A stretch of DNA of 9,949 bases, taken from the IMG/VR virus record IMGVR_UViG_2695420478_000007; one strand, 5' to 3'. Made by a program: the position numbers and the translations under genes. The number at the start of each line of letters is the position of its first letter. The stretch's first letter is position 1. This DNA comes from a virus (lineage: Duplodnaviria > Heunggongvirae > Uroviricota > Caudoviricetes). The notes beneath the pieces were generated by a model. That model worked only from the letters and a program-made list of their open reading frames with translations, did no database searches and was not told the DNA's origin. This document shows positions 8,431 through 9,949 of this stretch, piece after piece.

Positions 8431-8646
8431 TTACTCTCCTCTCGCAGCCTTACGCCTGTCTTCTTTAATCTTGAAATAAAGATTTGTCAGATACGTCAGC
8501 AGGCCAAAAACCAGGCTACCCAGCACACCGATTGCAGCCCACTGTGACGGAGTTACTTTATCGAGTAACTGCAATGCCCAGAAACCAGCATTACCCGCCG
8601 ATGTGCCATAGGCAACACCTGTTGTTAACTTATCCATTGATTTCAT
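8431..8646 (-). CDS. essQ: S21-type pinholin with dual-start motif MKSMDK (71-aa antiholin from 8646, 68-aa holin from 8637)
   Basis: [71 protein letters not shown]: two transmembrane segments and a charged C-terminus, like phage 21 S; the longer ORF start at 8721 is unlikely. Confidence 0.85.
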   Translation of the reverse strand: MKSMDKLTTGVAYGTSAGNAGFWALQLLDKVTPSQWAAIGVLGSLVFGLLTYLTNLYFKIKEDRRKAARGE

Positions 8647-8865
8647 ATCCTCACCCCGATGTACACGGATGGTGCAATATGTTTGAAAAGATCGGAGTCT
8701 ACGGGGTAGTTTTGACAGCACACGTTGTTCTCAACGGCGCTAAAAAAACATACACATTAAAAATGTGGGTAATTATTTTGAAAGAAAGTCATATATAAAA
8801 TAATAATACGAGAAATGTTTTCATATTTAGTGTACTGTATACGGCCATTTATACAGGAAAAGCCT

Positions 8866-9036
8866 ATGTCAGAACGTAAAAACTCAAAATCACGCCGTAA
8901 TTATCTCGTTAAATGTTCCTGCCCAAACTGCACCCAAGAGTCAGAACACAGTTTTTCAAGAGTACAAAAAGGTGCCCTTTTGATCTGCCCTCATTGCAAC
9001 AAAGTATTCCAGACAAATCTTAAAGCTGTAGCCTGA
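8866..9036 (+). CDS. Small zinc-ribbon protein (56 aa) with two CxxC pairs (CPNC...CPHC); possibly one of the small proteins described in this prophage (ynfU?)
   Basis: ATG at 8866 with AGGAA 8 nt upstream; candidate promoter -35 TTGAAA (8778-8783), 17-bp spacer, -10 TAATAA (8801-8806); the gene name is an uncertain recollection. Confidence 0.6.
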   Translation: MSERKNSKSRRNYLVKCSCPNCTQESEHSFSRVQKGALLICPHCNKVFQTNLKAVA

Positions 9037-9095
9037 TTGATTTTATTAGTAACAAGTATTTTTTATATTTTAATAATATATTTAAAGCAGATAAT

Positions 9096-9120
9096 AAAAA
9101 ACCCGCCTGAGCGGGTTTGA
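9096..9120. terminator. Strong bidirectional intrinsic terminator (stem AAACCCGC / GCGGGTTT, loop CTGA); the stronger U-tract is on the - strand
   Basis: The - strand reads AAACCCGCTCAGGCGGGTTTTTTATTAT; the + strand has A6 before and TTT after. Sits between the convergent zinc-ribbon ORF (+) and the cspB-side transcript (-). Confidence 0.75.
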
Positions 9121-9399
9121 GATTGTGGTGCTTTTTGTGGGAGTCATCCACTTACGCACTTTGTTTTGCCATGCCAGCAGTTAGCTTCTGCTGTAAAACT
9201 ATTCATGCAGCAAACCTGCACTTCACCACAATGGTTAGCATACTTTTCCTGATTAAGATTTTGCCAAATATGCTAGCCATTGTTTCATGTATTGGACCTC
9301 CTTACTTTTTATTAAAGAGATCCAATATTCACTACTCTGTCCGTATCTCTACTCAGGCATCAGCCTTCTTCGTTATCGTATACAGACGAGCGATGAATT

Positions 9400-9615
9400 T
9401 TAATCAGTAATGATGACATTTGCTGCTGCAGGACCTTTAGCACCACTCTCTATAGAGAAGGTAACCTTTTGACCTTCAAATAAGGTTCGATAATTATCAT
9501 TCTGAATCGCAGAAAAATGCACAAACACATCTTTACTACCATCAACAGGAGAAATAAAGCCGAAACCTTTATCAGCGTTAAACCATTTTACTAAACCAGT
9601 CATTTTATTTGACAT
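9400..9615 (-). CDS. cspB: Cold shock protein, CspA family (71 aa)
   Basis: [38 protein letters not shown]... with RNP1 and RNP2 motifs; position upstream of the lysis cassette fits cspB. Confidence 0.9.
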   Translation of the reverse strand: MSNKMTGLVKWFNADKGFGFISPVDGSKDVFVHFSAIQNDNYRTLFEGQKVTFSIESGAKGPAAANVIITD

Positions 9616-9811
9616 TCTACATTCCTTAACTTGAGCCTTTCGGCATAAATGGTTTGCATAACAGAAACGACTTCGTACTTAATTGGAGAGACTCAAAGAA
9701 GGAATAAGTGAATAACACCTGAAATGAGAACTGCTTTAGTAAACTACTTCGTATATCGTCTGTTCTTCAAACCGACGCAATCATTAACGCATAGTTGAAC
9801 ATATGAAGCAA
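9616..9811 (-). promoter_or_regulatory. cspB promoter and long 5' UTR: -35 TTGCTT (9806-9811), 18-bp spacer, -10 GTTAAT (9783-9788), start near 9775 (GGTTTGAAGAACAGAC cold-box-like), leader about 160 nt with CCGAAAGGC motif
   Basis: Resembles the cspA promoter and leader (ACGGTTTGACGTACAGAC; CGCCGAAAGGC) as I recall them; AT-rich UP-like element upstream; mirrors the cspI upstream region. Confidence 0.5.
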
Positions 9812-9949
9812 TGTTTATTTTAGACATCCAGCCATCTTCAACCCCGGTAATGACTCCAACTTATTGATAGTGTTTTATGTTCAGATAATGCCCGATGACT
9901 TTGTCATGCAGCTCCACCGATTTTGAGAACGACAGCGACTTCCGTCCCA

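Noticed and set aside
8484-8798. ORF 8484-8798 (+)
   Set aside because: Antisense to the pinholin gene; ends before the better-supported zinc-ribbon ORF in a different frame.
9117-9410. ORF 9117-9410 (+), 97 aa
   Set aside because: Starts inside the bidirectional terminator and runs antisense through the cspB 3' region; hydrophobic low-complexity sequence without a ribosome-binding site.

Overview
This window reads as the decayed tail-fibre region plus the lysis cassette of a lambdoid cryptic prophage, with gene content and order matching what I recall of the E. coli K-12 Qin prophage. I did not find convincing evidence of a new multi-gene system; the findings are smaller unexplained elements. 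All calls come from reading the sequence and from recalled protein families and the recalled phage lambda cos sequence; no database search was run, so gene symbols are recollection-based.

Left to right on the + strand:
- AT-rich left flank (1-823) with a possible leftward gene start at 13-15 and a 37-codon hydrophobic mini-ORF.
- ydfK-like small protein gene (+) and a Pin-type serine recombinase (+).
- Convergent tail-fibre assembly gene tfa (-), then a mosaic of fused fragments (-): side-tail-fibre C-terminus, a central piece of lambda J, and the N-terminus of terminase small subunit Nu1.
- A lambda-like cos site (cohesive-end sequence at 4605-4616) immediately upstream of the Nu1 fragment.
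- Rightward ynfO-like and ydfO-like genes, then a leftward block: gnsB-like, ynfN-like, cold-shock cspI, the Rz/Rz1-type spanin pair, a SAR-type endolysin, ydfR-like, and an S21-type pinholin.
- A rightward 56-aa zinc-ribbon ORF, a strong bidirectional terminator, and cold-shock cspB (-) with its long leader.

No CRISPR array, tRNA, rRNA or transposase was seen.
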